A stretch of DNA of 64,000 nucleotides from Thermoproteota archaeon. GTDB taxonomy: Archaea; Thermoproteota; Thermoprotei; Gearchaeales; Gearchaeaceae. The translations under genes and the position numbers were made by a program. Under the pieces are notes generated by a model that had not been told where the DNA came from, searched no databases, and was given only the letters and a program-made list of their open reading frames with translations. Within the stretch, counting starts at the first letter, position 1. Every line of letters begins with the position of its first letter. Shown here in pieces: positions 48,572 through 58,423 of this stretch. The stretch spans positions 352,001 through 416,000 of the forward strand of contig JAVVGF010000001.1 in the NCBI GenBank assembly GCA_032249235.1, given 5' to 3'.

Positions 48572-49591
48572 TTATTTTACTTTGTATCCAACTATTTCAT
48601 TTATATTTGAAAACTTATTTTTCATCAAAAAATTATTTATTCCTTTTAAGATAGATTTATTTATTGATATACCTTCATAAATTAATGCAGTATAGATTTG
48701 AAAGGTATTAGCTCCATGCATCATTGCTAGGACAGCATCTTTCCAATCGAATATGCCTCCGCATGCATTTATGATTATTTTACCTCGGGTTTCTTTATAT
48801 AATATTTTAACAGTATTGAGCATTAGATTGAAGATCAACTTACCACTCAGCCCACCTTGCTTCGTAGCCAGATTTTCATCTTTAACTTGAAGAGTATTGA
48901 TAGCTGTTATTCCATCTATATTCCTTTTAATGCATAAATCAGCTAATTCCAAATGATTTTCTATATCTTTTTTATTTGCTGGAGGCGAAATCTTTACAAA
49001 GGTTATTCTATTTTTAATTTCTGAGATTTCTCGAGATAGTTTATCGAAATTATCAATCTCTTGGAATAGCCTGCCATTCTCAGTATTAGGACAACTGAGA
49101 TTTATTTCAATTATTTCAGCGTATTTTGAAGCCTTAAGATATAATTCTTTAATTTCCTCTATAGTATTGCCTGCAATACTTATTGAAATGGGCGAAAATT
49201 TTCTCTGCTTTTTTAAGTTTTCGATGAATTTTTCAATTCCCACACTCGGTAGACCCATAGAATTTGTCATGGATTTCAACTTAGGATATCTAACAATCCT
49301 TGGTCTCGGATTTCCTTTATTTGGCTTTAAGAGAACGGAGCCTAGTGTAATATAACCAAATCCTAATGAAGATAAGAAAGTTACAATTTCTGCATTTTTA
49401 TCAAAGCCTGCTGCCAAAGCAAGAGGATTTTCTAACATTAATTCTTTGATTTTTATGTTTAATAATTCAGAATTAAACTTCATAAAATTCAAATTGAATT
49501 TTAAAACTTTTCTCACCAATTCGTGAGCTCTTTCAGCATCCATCTTGAATAAAATCGGTTTTATAAAATCATAATAACTAGTCATCCTCAT
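48572..49591 (-). CDS. pyrD: Dihydroorotate dehydrogenase (class 2-like)
   Basis: DAERAHE, LAAGFDKNA, GNPRPRI, NSMG, INLSCPNT, VKISP, INT, GGLSG, GGI, QIYTAL. Confidence 0.88.
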   Translation of the reverse strand: MRMTSYYDFIKPILFKMDAERAHELVRKVLKFNLNFMKFNSELLNIKIKELMLENPLALAAGFDKNAEIVTFLSSLGFGYITLGSVLLKPNKGNPRPRIVRYPKLKSMTNSMGLPSVGIEKFIENLKKQRKFSPISISIAGNTIEEIKELYLKASKYAEIIEINLSCPNTENGRLFQEIDNFDKLSREISEIKNRITFVKISPPANKKDIENHLELADLCIKRNIDGITAINTLQVKDENLATKQGGLSGKLIFNLMLNTVKILYKETRGKIIINACGGIFDWKDAVLAMMHGANTFQIYTALIYEGISINKSILKGINNFLMKNKFSNINEIVGYKVK

Positions 49592-49683
49592 TTTAGATAA
49601 AATAACGCATTTAATATATTACATTCGGATTTTTGCAAGCTATTTTGAGTTAATTTTTTATTCCTTTATCTTCTTAACGGATT

Positions 49684-50061
49684 ATGCCTATGGATCAATT
49701 AGGTTTATTAGGTCCTGTGTTGCTATTTTTCATTGCTTGGATCGTTTCTTCGATTCCAATTTGGATAGGCGCTAAAATAATAACTCCTTCTACTGCGACT
49801 TTTGGAAGAGCATTAATCGCGTCTATATCAGGTTTTGTAATTTTATCTCTATTATTTGCTTTATTCAACATATTGAACTTAGGTATAATAGGATTCATCA
49901 TAGCATTCATTGTCCTACTTGCTATTTATAAGTCAATATTTTCAACAGGTTGGATGGGAGCTTTGGGAATAATAATACTAGCATTTATTTTTTCGTTCAT
50001 TTTAGCTTTGGTGCTTGGTCTTTTTATAGGAATATCAATATTTGCATTCAGAATATTCTAG
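49684..50061 (+). CDS. Small integral membrane protein (about 4 TM)
   Basis: Hydrophobic 125-aa ORF; ATFGRALIA...TGWMGAL pattern. Confidence 0.7.
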   Translation: MPMDQLGLLGPVLLFFIAWIVSSIPIWIGAKIITPSTATFGRALIASISGFVILSLLFALFNILNLGIIGFIIAFIVLLAIYKSIFSTGWMGALGIIILAFIFSFILALVLGLFIGISIFAFRIF

Positions 50062-50164
50062 GATTTTCCGCAACAATTTGTTGTATTCTTTGGATTATTT
50101 TTATTTGAATAAGCCTAAGTTTGAACAAATATTAAAATTAAAAGAATAAAAATTAAATTTCATT

Positions 50165-51538
50165 ATGTATCAAGAGTTTTTTGATCAATTAAGAAAAATT
50201 TTCAAGCCCTATAATGACTTACCTAACTTCAATGAGTTGCCAAAAGAAGGCATTGATAGACAAGAAATAATTCAGCTATTGAGGAAAATGTTAGATAAAG
50301 AGAATGAAAAATGGAAGAAAGGCTTTGTTTCAGGTGCTGTTTATCATGGAGGAGAGGAACACATTCAATTTTTGAACGAAATTTATGCAATAAGTTCACA
50401 AGTTAATCCTTTACATCCTGATATATGGCCAAGCGTTTTGAAAATTGAAAGGGAAATAGTAGAAATGGCTTCAAAAATTCTTCATGGTAGTGAAGAAACG
50501 TGTGGTTCTGTAACTTCAGGCGGTACTGAAAGTATATTGCTATCAATGAAAGCATATAGAGATTTCGCTAAGAAAAAGAAAGGGATTAACGAGCCTGAAA
50601 TAATATTGCCTATCTCTGCTCATGCAGCTTTCGATAAAGCTGCAAATTATTTCAATATAAAACTTAGGTATGTGAATCTCAACGAAAATTTCGAAGCAAA
50701 TGTTGAGGAGATAAAAGAAGCAATAAACGAAAATACTATAGCAATCGTCGCCTCAGCTCCATGTTTTCCCTTCGGAACCATAGATCCTATTGAAGAAATA
50801 TCTGAAATTGCTTATGATAAGAATATACCTTTTCATGTCGATGCTTGTTTAGGAGGCTTTATTTTACCATGGGCTAGGAAATTGGGCTATGAAATTAAAA
50901 AATTCGATTTTGAACTTGAAGGTGTTACTTCAATATCTGCGGATCTCCATAAGTATGGATATAGCCCTAAAGGATGTTCATTAATTCTTTACAGAAATCC
51001 AGAATTCTGGAAATGCCAATTTTATATCAATACTAAGTGGTCAGGAGGCATCTATTTCTCTACAACGCTAGCTGGAAGTAGATCAGGTGCATTGATCATA
51101 GCAGCATGGGCAACGTTACTTTATTTAGGTGAAAGCAACTATCTCAAATATACTAAACAGATCTTAGAAGTAGCTGATTACATAAAATCTGAATTGAAGA
51201 AAATTCAAGATTTGAAGATTCTAGGCAATCCACTTTGGATAATCGCAGTAACCTGTGAGAGATTGGATATTTATGAAATAATCGAAAACATGAATGAGTT
51301 AGGTTGGAATTTAAATGTTCTCATGAATCCTGCGGCATTCCACATTGCCATAACGCTTAGGCATGATTTAGCTGTCGCGAAGAAATTCATAGAAGACTTG
51401 AAATTAGCAATGAGCAAAGCTAAAGAAACGAAGAGAGAAGGTTTAGCTCCTATATATGGCATCATGGCTACTTTACCAAAAGAAGAATCTGATGAAATTG
51501 TATCTTATTTAATTCAATGGCTATACAAGGATCCTTGA
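50165..51538 (+). CDS. PLP-dependent enzyme, sphingosine-1-phosphate lyase-like (group II decarboxylase fold)
   Basis: VSGAVYHG, NPLHPD, TSGGTESI, HAAFDKA, HVDACLGG, SISADLHKYGY.PKG, GSRSG. Confidence 0.85.
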   Translation: MYQEFFDQLRKIFKPYNDLPNFNELPKEGIDRQEIIQLLRKMLDKENEKWKKGFVSGAVYHGGEEHIQFLNEIYAISSQVNPLHPDIWPSVLKIEREIVEMASKILHGSEETCGSVTSGGTESILLSMKAYRDFAKKKKGINEPEIILPISAHAAFDKAANYFNIKLRYVNLNENFEANVEEIKEAINENTIAIVASAPCFPFGTIDPIEEISEIAYDKNIPFHVDACLGGFILPWARKLGYEIKKFDFELEGVTSISADLHKYGYSPKGCSLILYRNPEFWKCQFYINTKWSGGIYFSTTLAGSRSGALIIAAWATLLYLGESNYLKYTKQILEVADYIKSELKKIQDLKILGNPLWIIAVTCERLDIYEIIENMNELGWNLNVLMNPAAFHIAITLRHDLAVAKKFIEDLKLAMSKAKETKREGLAPIYGIMATLPKEESDEIVSYLIQWLYKDP

Positions 51539-53073
51539 AAGAAATTTTGTTTTTAGGAATAGATCTAGGAACAAGTGCGTGTAAAGTATCAGCTGTAAAT
51601 AAAGAAGGAAGGATAGTTGCACAAGCTAGTGAAAGATATCCTTTATATATTTTGGAAGATGGAGGAGCGGAGCAAAATCCTAAGGAATGGTGGGAAGCGA
51701 TCGTTAAAGCAGTATCCAAAATAACAGAGAACGTTAATGTTAGTTCGATTAAGGCTATAGGTGTTACAGGTCAATGGTCAGGCACAGTAGCTATCGATGC
51801 TAATGGCGAACCGTTGATGAATGCGATAATTTGGCTTGATTCAAGAGGTGAAAAATATATTAGAAATTTGATTAAAGGGATTTTCAGTTTTTCTGGTTAT
51901 GATATCTTCAAGCTAATAAGCTGGATAAGAAAAACCGGAGGTGCTCCTTCAAGATCAGGAAAAGACTCTCTAGCACATATTTTGTTTATAAAAAATGAAA
52001 AACCTGAAATTTATAAACAGACATATAAATTCTTAGAACCTATAAGTTATATTAATTTTAAGCTTACTAATAGATTAATCTCTTCATATGATATAATGAT
52101 TACACATTGGATAACAGATAACAGAGATATAAAGAATATAAAATACGATAACAAACTTATTAAAATTTCAGGCATTGATAAAGATAAATTACCTGAGCTT
52201 TCAAAACCTTACGAAGTCATTGGAAAGCTTTCGCATGAAAGTGCTTCAGAACTAGGTCTTTTAGAAAATATTCCTGTTATCGCTGGTGGAGGAGATATTC
52301 AAACCTCATTAATAGGTGCTGGATGTATTGAAGATTATGAAACACTCATTTACATAGGAACCTCATCATGGGTTACTGCCCATGTATCTTTTAAAAAGAC
52401 TGATGTATTCAATAACATTGCTTCATTACCTTCAGCTTTGCCAAACAAATATTTCATAGCTGCAGAGCAAGAATGTGCAGGTAAATGCTTAGAATTCATA
52501 TCTGAATGCTTCAATATCAAGATTGAAGAAATTGATAGCTTGGCTAGAAATTCCACTCCTGGAAGCAATGGTATGATATTTACTCCTTGGCTTTATGGTG
52601 AAAGAGCTCCTGTTGAAGATAGATATCTAAGGGGAATTATCTTCAATTTATCATTAAACTCGAACAAATCAGATATTTTACATGCAGTATTTGAAGGAAT
52701 ATCCATGAATATTAGATGGATTTTTGAACCTGTTCAAAAGTTGATGAAAAAGAGGATTGAAAGAGTAAAATTAGCAGGTGGTTGTGCTCGTTCAAGCTTA
52801 CTCCCTTCAATTTTGGCTAATGTATTAAATGTTGAAGTAAATGTTGTTGAAGATCCTGTTTTTGTTAATTCAAAAGGTATCGCGTTATTAGCTGCATATA
52901 GCATAAATGAAATCGAATTAAAAGATATACCAAAATTAATTAGAACATCAAAAAAATACCAGCCAACTAATATATCAAAAAAATACGATGAAATTTTTAA
53001 ATATTATTTAAAAATATATAAAAGCAATAAGAAAGTTTTCAGAGAAATCAATTCAAGAGATTTATATAAATAA
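51535..53073 (+). CDS. FGGY-family carbohydrate kinase (xylulokinase-like)
   Basis: GIDLGTS..K, EQNP.EWW, TGQWSG, IIWLDSR, GGGD, GTSSW, PWLYGER, FEG; TTG start overlapping the upstream stop. Confidence 0.88.
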   Translation: MKEILFLGIDLGTSACKVSAVNKEGRIVAQASERYPLYILEDGGAEQNPKEWWEAIVKAVSKITENVNVSSIKAIGVTGQWSGTVAIDANGEPLMNAIIWLDSRGEKYIRNLIKGIFSFSGYDIFKLISWIRKTGGAPSRSGKDSLAHILFIKNEKPEIYKQTYKFLEPISYINFKLTNRLISSYDIMITHWITDNRDIKNIKYDNKLIKISGIDKDKLPELSKPYEVIGKLSHESASELGLLENIPVIAGGGDIQTSLIGAGCIEDYETLIYIGTSSWVTAHVSFKKTDVFNNIASLPSALPNKYFIAAEQECAGKCLEFISECFNIKIEEIDSLARNSTPGSNGMIFTPWLYGERAPVEDRYLRGIIFNLSLNSNKSDILHAVFEGISMNIRWIFEPVQKLMKKRIERVKLAGGCARSSLLPSILANVLNVEVNVVEDPVFVNSKGIALLAAYSINEIELKDIPKLIRTSKKYQPTNISKKYDEIFKYYLKIYKSNKKVFREINSRDLYK

Positions 53074-53078
53074 TCACT

Positions 53079-54323
53079 ATGATACATATGCATACACATT
53101 TATTTCGTTACGCAAGCGGTGAAAATTTAAATGTTACATCAAAGTCCCTGAGCTCAAAGGTAGGAAGAATTATCTTAGGAATAATCTTCACTTTTATTTG
53201 TTCAATTACATTAGGAAATGCCCCTTACGCATTTGCAGGATATGGTTTATCTGCTTTTGCTCTTTATTTAATTGGTTATATATTCTCGAAAAGAGAAGCA
53301 ATAATTTCTTATATAATTGGATTAATTCTTGCTGCCTTTTTGCTACTCTATTCAGCAAGCGTTTTTCTGCTAGTAGCTGTTGCTTTTGTAATCGTTAGAA
53401 GCTTACAATTACTCATATTAGTTTTCTTAAAAGATAAAAGAGGTCTTCTTTCTTCAACGCTAATTGCTACAGTATTTGGTTCATTTATAGCTACATTACT
53501 TGGAATAGGTTATTATGGAGAAGGGGCATTAACTACTGCTCTTTCATTTTATGATCTTATTTATTCAATTCCTGCATATTTGGCATATAGGTTTTTAAGA
53601 TTTTCTAGTCCACATAATTTTTTAGGTATTCTATCTTCTATTCTCTTGACCTTTTTGCTTTTCTTTTCAATAAGCACCTTTTTTATGTTCACAACTTTCA
53701 TTTTGGCTTTAATTTCTTTTATAACTCTATTATTTATAATTACAAAATCATTAAGTTCAATGCCAATGAATCAAAAGAATATAGTTATAACTTTTATTCT
53801 AATAATTTTATTTATTGGATATATAATTTTCTTTTCTTCATCTAGTTCAAATTATATCCTAAGATCAACTTATTATTCATTTTATCTAGACTCTTTATCG
53901 ATGACACAGTGGTATCAAAAGAAATCTAATCCAGAATGTCAACAAGGAAATATAGCTGGAGATTGGACACAAAAAGGAGGAGTTTATGATCCTCAACGAC
54001 TTCGTGTATTGGATACATGTGTAACTGTTACAGGAACAATTGTTGGAATTATGCCAACTAAAGGCCCAGCAACAGATAATGATTATATAATAGAAATTAA
54101 GGTTGATCCTCAATATCAATATCTATTATCTATAGGAAGTTATTGGTTTAGGGGTGGATATTTGCATGTTGAAATTATTCCTAAGGACCAATCTAAGCTT
54201 TTAAGCAATTTAAATTTAGAGATAGGAATGAGAGTCAAGATAACAGGTGTTTGGGTATTAGATACAGATCATGGTTGGTGGAGTGAATTGCATCCAATAT
54301 GGGCGATTGAGATAATTTCGTAA
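53079..54323 (+). CDS. Polytopic membrane protein with a C-terminal extracellular OB-fold-like domain
   Basis: About 8 TM segments, then VYDPQRL..CVTVTG...D.DY...HVEIIP...VKITGVWVLD..HGW.SELHP; true start uncertain. Confidence 0.7.
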   Translation: MIHMHTHLFRYASGENLNVTSKSLSSKVGRIILGIIFTFICSITLGNAPYAFAGYGLSAFALYLIGYIFSKREAIISYIIGLILAAFLLLYSASVFLLVAVAFVIVRSLQLLILVFLKDKRGLLSSTLIATVFGSFIATLLGIGYYGEGALTTALSFYDLIYSIPAYLAYRFLRFSSPHNFLGILSSILLTFLLFFSISTFFMFTTFILALISFITLLFIITKSLSSMPMNQKNIVITFILIILFIGYIIFFSSSSSNYILRSTYYSFYLDSLSMTQWYQKKSNPECQQGNIAGDWTQKGGVYDPQRLRVLDTCVTVTGTIVGIMPTKGPATDNDYIIEIKVDPQYQYLLSIGSYWFRGGYLHVEIIPKDQSKLLSNLNLEIGMRVKITGVWVLDTDHGWWSELHPIWAIEIIS

Positions 54324-54360
54324 TTGCTTATATGTTAGAATCTTTAAAATACTATCAAAT

Positions 54361-55041
54361 ATGTTAATCGAGCTCATAGATGTTCATAAATACTACGTTA
54401 CAGGTTTAACAACAATAAAGGCATTGAACGGAATTAGTTTGAAAATAAATAAAGGCGAATTCGTAAGCATCGTTGGTCCCTCTGGTTCTGGAAAGACTAC
54501 GTTATTGAACGTAATAGGATTACTAGATAGACCAACAAAAGGTAAGATAATTTTGGAAAATAAAGATGTTAGTCGATTAAGCGATGATGAATTATCCTCA
54601 TTAAGAGCTGAAAAAATTGGCTTTATTTTTCAAACCTTTAACCTAATTCCAAATCTCACTGCAAAAGAAAATGTTGAATTAGCAAGCGCTTTTAGTAACA
54701 AAGTAAGAGATCCAGAGAAGAAAGCTCTTGAATTGTTAAAAATGGTAGGTTTAGAAGATAGAGTAAATCATAAGCCATCTCAATTGAGTGGAGGGGAACA
54801 ACAAAGGGTCGCTATAGCGAGAGCTTTGATGAACGATCCTATAATTTTGCTAGCTGATGAGCCTACAGGTAATCTAGATTCTAAAACAAGTCTTGAGATA
54901 TTAGAAATTTTTAAATCGCTTAATAAAAAAGGTGTTACAATATTACTGGCTACTCATAATATGGCTTTAGCTGAAGAAGCGAATAGGATATTATACATGA
55001 AAGATGGGAGGATAGAAAATGAAGTTAAAGAAGGCTATTAA
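54361..55041 (+). CDS. ABC transporter ATP-binding protein (LolD/MacB-type)
   Basis: GPSGSGKT, FQTFNL, LSGGEQQRVAIARAL, ADEPTGNLD, TH. Confidence 0.95.
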   Translation: MLIELIDVHKYYVTGLTTIKALNGISLKINKGEFVSIVGPSGSGKTTLLNVIGLLDRPTKGKIILENKDVSRLSDDELSSLRAEKIGFIFQTFNLIPNLTAKENVELASAFSNKVRDPEKKALELLKMVGLEDRVNHKPSQLSGGEQQRVAIARALMNDPIILLADEPTGNLDSKTSLEILEIFKSLNKKGVTILLATHNMALAEEANRILYMKDGRIENEVKEGY

Positions 55042-56278
55042 ATATTCTTATAGAAATATTTCAAGAAGTAAGCTAAGGAATTCAATGGTTGTTTTAGCTA
55101 TAATTCTCTCTGTAATATTAGGAGGTATTGTCATTGGTGTCGTAAACGGTATAAAAAATTACTATACCAATGCAGTTTATGAGGCAGGTTTCAATGCTTT
55201 ATTCGTTGTTTCTGGTAAAGCTAGTGTAGGCGGAAGTTTTGTTCCACCTAAAAAACCTTTAGCGGTAGATGATCTAAGATCAATTAAAGAATTACCTAAA
55301 GTCAAAGCCGTAAGTCCTTTATTCATTGCTGGCGTGTTTAGATTTGGTGAAAATGTAACATATCTCATTGGAGCTGATGAGGATTTATCTATAAGTGCTT
55401 CGTTTACATTATACAAAGGCAGATTTCTTAATGGCTCAGATTCTAATAGTTCATATATTCCTGTCGTATTAGGCTATAATATTTGGAATAATATCTTAAA
55501 TCGCACTATAAATGTAGGAGATAACATAAGTTTAGTATTTGAGCCTTTTTCAATAATCTATGGCAAAAAAGAACCTATTAACATATCTGTCCATATAATT
55601 GGTCTTTTGCAAAAAAGAGCTCAGGTTCCAGGATTAGGTATTGATCCCAATTCAGTTTTTTATACAGATTTAACTCATGTATATAAAATTTTTAATATAA
55701 CGAATCTAAAACAAGCTTATGCTGATGGTGCTGTAGTATCCGCGGAGAGCTTTCAGGATTTAGATGTTGTAAATGAAGAAATTACGAACTTGCTTGTTTC
55801 AAAGGGTTATGATAAGAGAACCGACTTCTCTATAATTAGCCAAAAAGATGCACTGGTATATATAAATAAAGTATTTCTACAAATAAACAGTTTCGTTTCA
55901 ATAATATGGGCTGTAGTTTTGACTATAGGTTCTTTATCAGTATTAATTGTGATGGTAATAACAGTCAGAGAAAGATATAGAGAAATTGGTACTTTAAGGT
56001 CTTTGGGTGCTAAGCGAAGAGATATTTTATTACTTTTTTTGTTCGAAGCTGCATGGCTATCTATAATAGGCTTAATTATTGGTTCTATTTTAGGCGTAAT
56101 TGTAATTGAACTTTTAAAGAATTATTACGAATTCATCAAATTCATTACTTTTAATACAATCATTGAAACTTACGCTATAGTTTTGCCAGAAATATTTTTA
56201 GCTTCATTGCTTTTTGCTTTATATCCAGCTTATAGAGCTACAAGAATCGACCCAGCCCAGGCATTGAGATATGAATAA
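55019..56278 (+). CDS. ABC transporter permease (FtsX/MacB-type)
   Basis: One TM, a large extracellular domain, then three TMs; V.ERYREIGTLRSLGA, YPAYRA..IDP..ALRYE. Confidence 0.92.
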   Translation: MKLKKAIKYSYRNISRSKLRNSMVVLAIILSVILGGIVIGVVNGIKNYYTNAVYEAGFNALFVVSGKASVGGSFVPPKKPLAVDDLRSIKELPKVKAVSPLFIAGVFRFGENVTYLIGADEDLSISASFTLYKGRFLNGSDSNSSYIPVVLGYNIWNNILNRTINVGDNISLVFEPFSIIYGKKEPINISVHIIGLLQKRAQVPGLGIDPNSVFYTDLTHVYKIFNITNLKQAYADGAVVSAESFQDLDVVNEEITNLLVSKGYDKRTDFSIISQKDALVYINKVFLQINSFVSIIWAVVLTIGSLSVLIVMVITVRERYREIGTLRSLGAKRRDILLLFLFEAAWLSIIGLIIGSILGVIVIELLKNYYEFIKFITFNTIIETYAIVLPEIFLASLLFALYPAYRATRIDPAQALRYE

Positions 56279-56303
56279 ATATTAAATTTAAACAAAAATA
56301 ATC

Positions 56304-56474
56304 GTGGCAGAAGAAGAAGTTAGAAGGGAAAGAGAATTCAGAGCACGTATACCTATAAAAAGATGTGAAATTCATAACATTCTTCTGTTTTGGTGTGTGC
56401 ATTGCAATAGAGCTGTTTGCAGATATTGTGAACCAAATCATCAGTTAGAGCATTATCTACCAAGAATTAAATAG
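56304..56474 (+). CDS. B-box-like zinc-finger microprotein (56 aa), not in ORF track
   Basis: GTG start; MAEEEVRREREFRARIPIKRCEIHNILLFWCVHCNRAVCRYCEPNHQLEHYLPRIK; co-oriented with both neighbours. Confidence 0.72.
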   Translation: MAEEEVRREREFRARIPIKRCEIHNILLFWCVHCNRAVCRYCEPNHQLEHYLPRIK

Positions 56475-56483
56475 CAAATTTAT

Positions 56484-57206
56484 GTGAGCACTAAAGAGGA
56501 GATTAGATATAAAATATGGAAATTGCTCGAAGATAAAAACATAGCTAGATTTCCTAGACCTGTTTTCAATAGGATACCTAATTTTGTGGGAGCAGAAGAA
56601 GCTGCAGAAAAGTTAGCTGAATTGGACATATTTAAAAAAAGTAAGGTAATAAAAGTAAATCCAGATTCGCCTCAAGCTAGAGTTAGGGAGTTAGTTTTGC
56701 TAAATAACAAAATACTGATAATGCCTACGCCTAGAATAAGAGAGGGTTTCCTTTTATTAGATCCTTCAAAGATTCCAAAAAATGAAATTAGCTATGCAGC
56801 AACTATTAAAGGTGCCTTCAAATATGGCAATAAAGTACATCCAAGAAATTTACCTAATATCGATTTAATTGTACTAGGAGCTGTTGCAGTATCACTTGAA
56901 GGAGCGAGAATAGGTAAAGGAGAAGGTTATGGAGAACTTGAGTTTGCAATCTTACAAGAATATGGAAAGATAAATAAGGATATCAAGATAGCTACAACAG
57001 TCCATGATATACAAATCGTTGAAAAAATACCTATTGAACCATTCGATGTTAGTATTGATTACATTGTTACTCCTACGAGAGTAATTGAAATTAAGAATAG
57101 GCATGATAGACCTAAAGGAATTCTTTGGGAGTATTTATCACATGAAAAAATTGAAGAAATTCCCTTATTAAAAGAACTTAGAAATAAACTTATTTCTCAA
57201 AAATAA
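56484..57206 (+). CDS. 5-formyltetrahydrofolate cyclo-ligase family protein (MTHFSD-like)
   Basis: RIPNFVGA, KVNPDSPQ, PTPR, GARIGKGEGYGELE, TTVHDIQ, DYIVTP. Confidence 0.88.
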   Translation: MSTKEEIRYKIWKLLEDKNIARFPRPVFNRIPNFVGAEEAAEKLAELDIFKKSKVIKVNPDSPQARVRELVLLNNKILIMPTPRIREGFLLLDPSKIPKNEISYAATIKGAFKYGNKVHPRNLPNIDLIVLGAVAVSLEGARIGKGEGYGELEFAILQEYGKINKDIKIATTVHDIQIVEKIPIEPFDVSIDYIVTPTRVIEIKNRHDRPKGILWEYLSHEKIEEIPLLKELRNKLISQK

Positions 57207-58383
57207 CTTTGCCATGTTTTATAACGGTTCCAATATGATTGTAACCTAGCGTATAACCAATCCATTTATAATTCGGAACATTTAGGCATATCAAATCTGC
57301 AAACTTTCCTTCCTCAATTGAGCCATATTTTTCATGTAAACCTAAAGCATATGCAGCATTTATTGTTGAAGCAGATATGCATTCAGCTTGTGTCATTTTC
57401 AAAGTTCTGCAGGCAATAGATATAACACTTTGCATATCATTGATCCATGAAGCTGGGCTGAAATCTGAAGCTAACGCTATTATTAATCCTTTATCGATAT
57501 ATTTCCTAACATCAGCATAATTGCTCATTAAAGAAAAGCTCGTAGCTGGTAAAATAACTCCACAAGTCTTTTTTTCAATCATGTAATCTAAGCTTGTATC
57601 ATCCAAATATATTATATGATCCATAGAAACTAGGTTAAAATTCTTAACCAATGCACCGCAACCGATATCAGCAAGTTCACCTACATGAGCTTTCAATTTC
57701 AATCCATATTTTGAAGCAATTGAAAATATTCTAGATGTATCTTCATAACTTAAAGCACCTAAATCACAAAAAGAATCGATGAACTCTGCTAATTTTTCTT
57801 CTACAACTATCGGTATTAAATTTATGAATTCGTCAATCCATTTATCGCTAGGTTTCAAATGTGCCAGTAATGTAGGTATTATCGTAGCTTTTGTTAGATG
57901 CTTTAGTTTATTTATTAATCTCAATTCTCTCAATTCTTCGCTTGGCTCTATGCCATAGCCGCTTTTTATTTCTATAACTGTAGTTCCATGTTCGAGCATG
58001 TATTCAATTCTTTCTTTCGTTACTCTAAGAATTTCTTCATCGCTTGCTTTCCTTGTATGATTCACTGTTCTCCATATCCCGCCTCCTTTTTTCAAAATTT
58101 CAGAATAGCTTAAGCCTTCAATCCTCATTTCAAATTCATCCTCTCTTGATCCAAAAAACAATAAATGGGTGTGAGCGTCAATAAAAGCAGGCATTACTAG
58201 CTGAGCTGAAATTTCTTGCTTCGCTTCATAGTTTTTCTCTTCACCTACGTATGTAACTTTTTCTCCGTTAATTCCTATGAGAGCATCTTCAACTATTGCC
58301 AATTCCTTAAGTCTTTCTTTTATTCTAATTCCTCCTTTCAAAGTCACTGCTTGCTTTGCTTTAATTGCAAGATCGAATTTCAC
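57190..58383 (-). CDS. hutI: Imidazolonepropionase
   Basis: PAFIDAHTH, R.DEFEMR..G.SY.EI...GGGI, GTT.IEIKSGYG, D.FCD, DH, ASDF.P, TINAA. Confidence 0.9.
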   Translation of the reverse strand: MKFDLAIKAKQAVTLKGGIRIKERLKELAIVEDALIGINGEKVTYVGEEKNYEAKQEISAQLVMPAFIDAHTHLLFFGSREDEFEMRIEGLSYSEILKKGGGIWRTVNHTRKASDEEILRVTKERIEYMLEHGTTVIEIKSGYGIEPSEELRELRLINKLKHLTKATIIPTLLAHLKPSDKWIDEFINLIPIVVEEKLAEFIDSFCDLGALSYEDTSRIFSIASKYGLKLKAHVGELADIGCGALVKNFNLVSMDHIIYLDDTSLDYMIEKKTCGVILPATSFSLMSNYADVRKYIDKGLIIALASDFSPASWINDMQSVISIACRTLKMTQAECISASTINAAYALGLHEKYGSIEEGKFADLICLNVPNYKWIGYTLGYNHIGTVIKHGKVIFEK

Positions 58384-58423
58384 ACGAATATTTTAAATTC
58401 ATTTTTAAAATGTATTTCTTGAG

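Noticed and set aside
52947-52986. Short direct repeat atcaaaaaaatac in the kinase 3' end
   Set aside because: Only 13 nt of low-complexity A-rich sequence; plausible by chance in this AT-rich genome.
56238-56441. 67-aa minus-strand ORF from the track
   Set aside because: Antisense shadow of the more convincing plus-strand zinc-finger ORF at 56304-56474.
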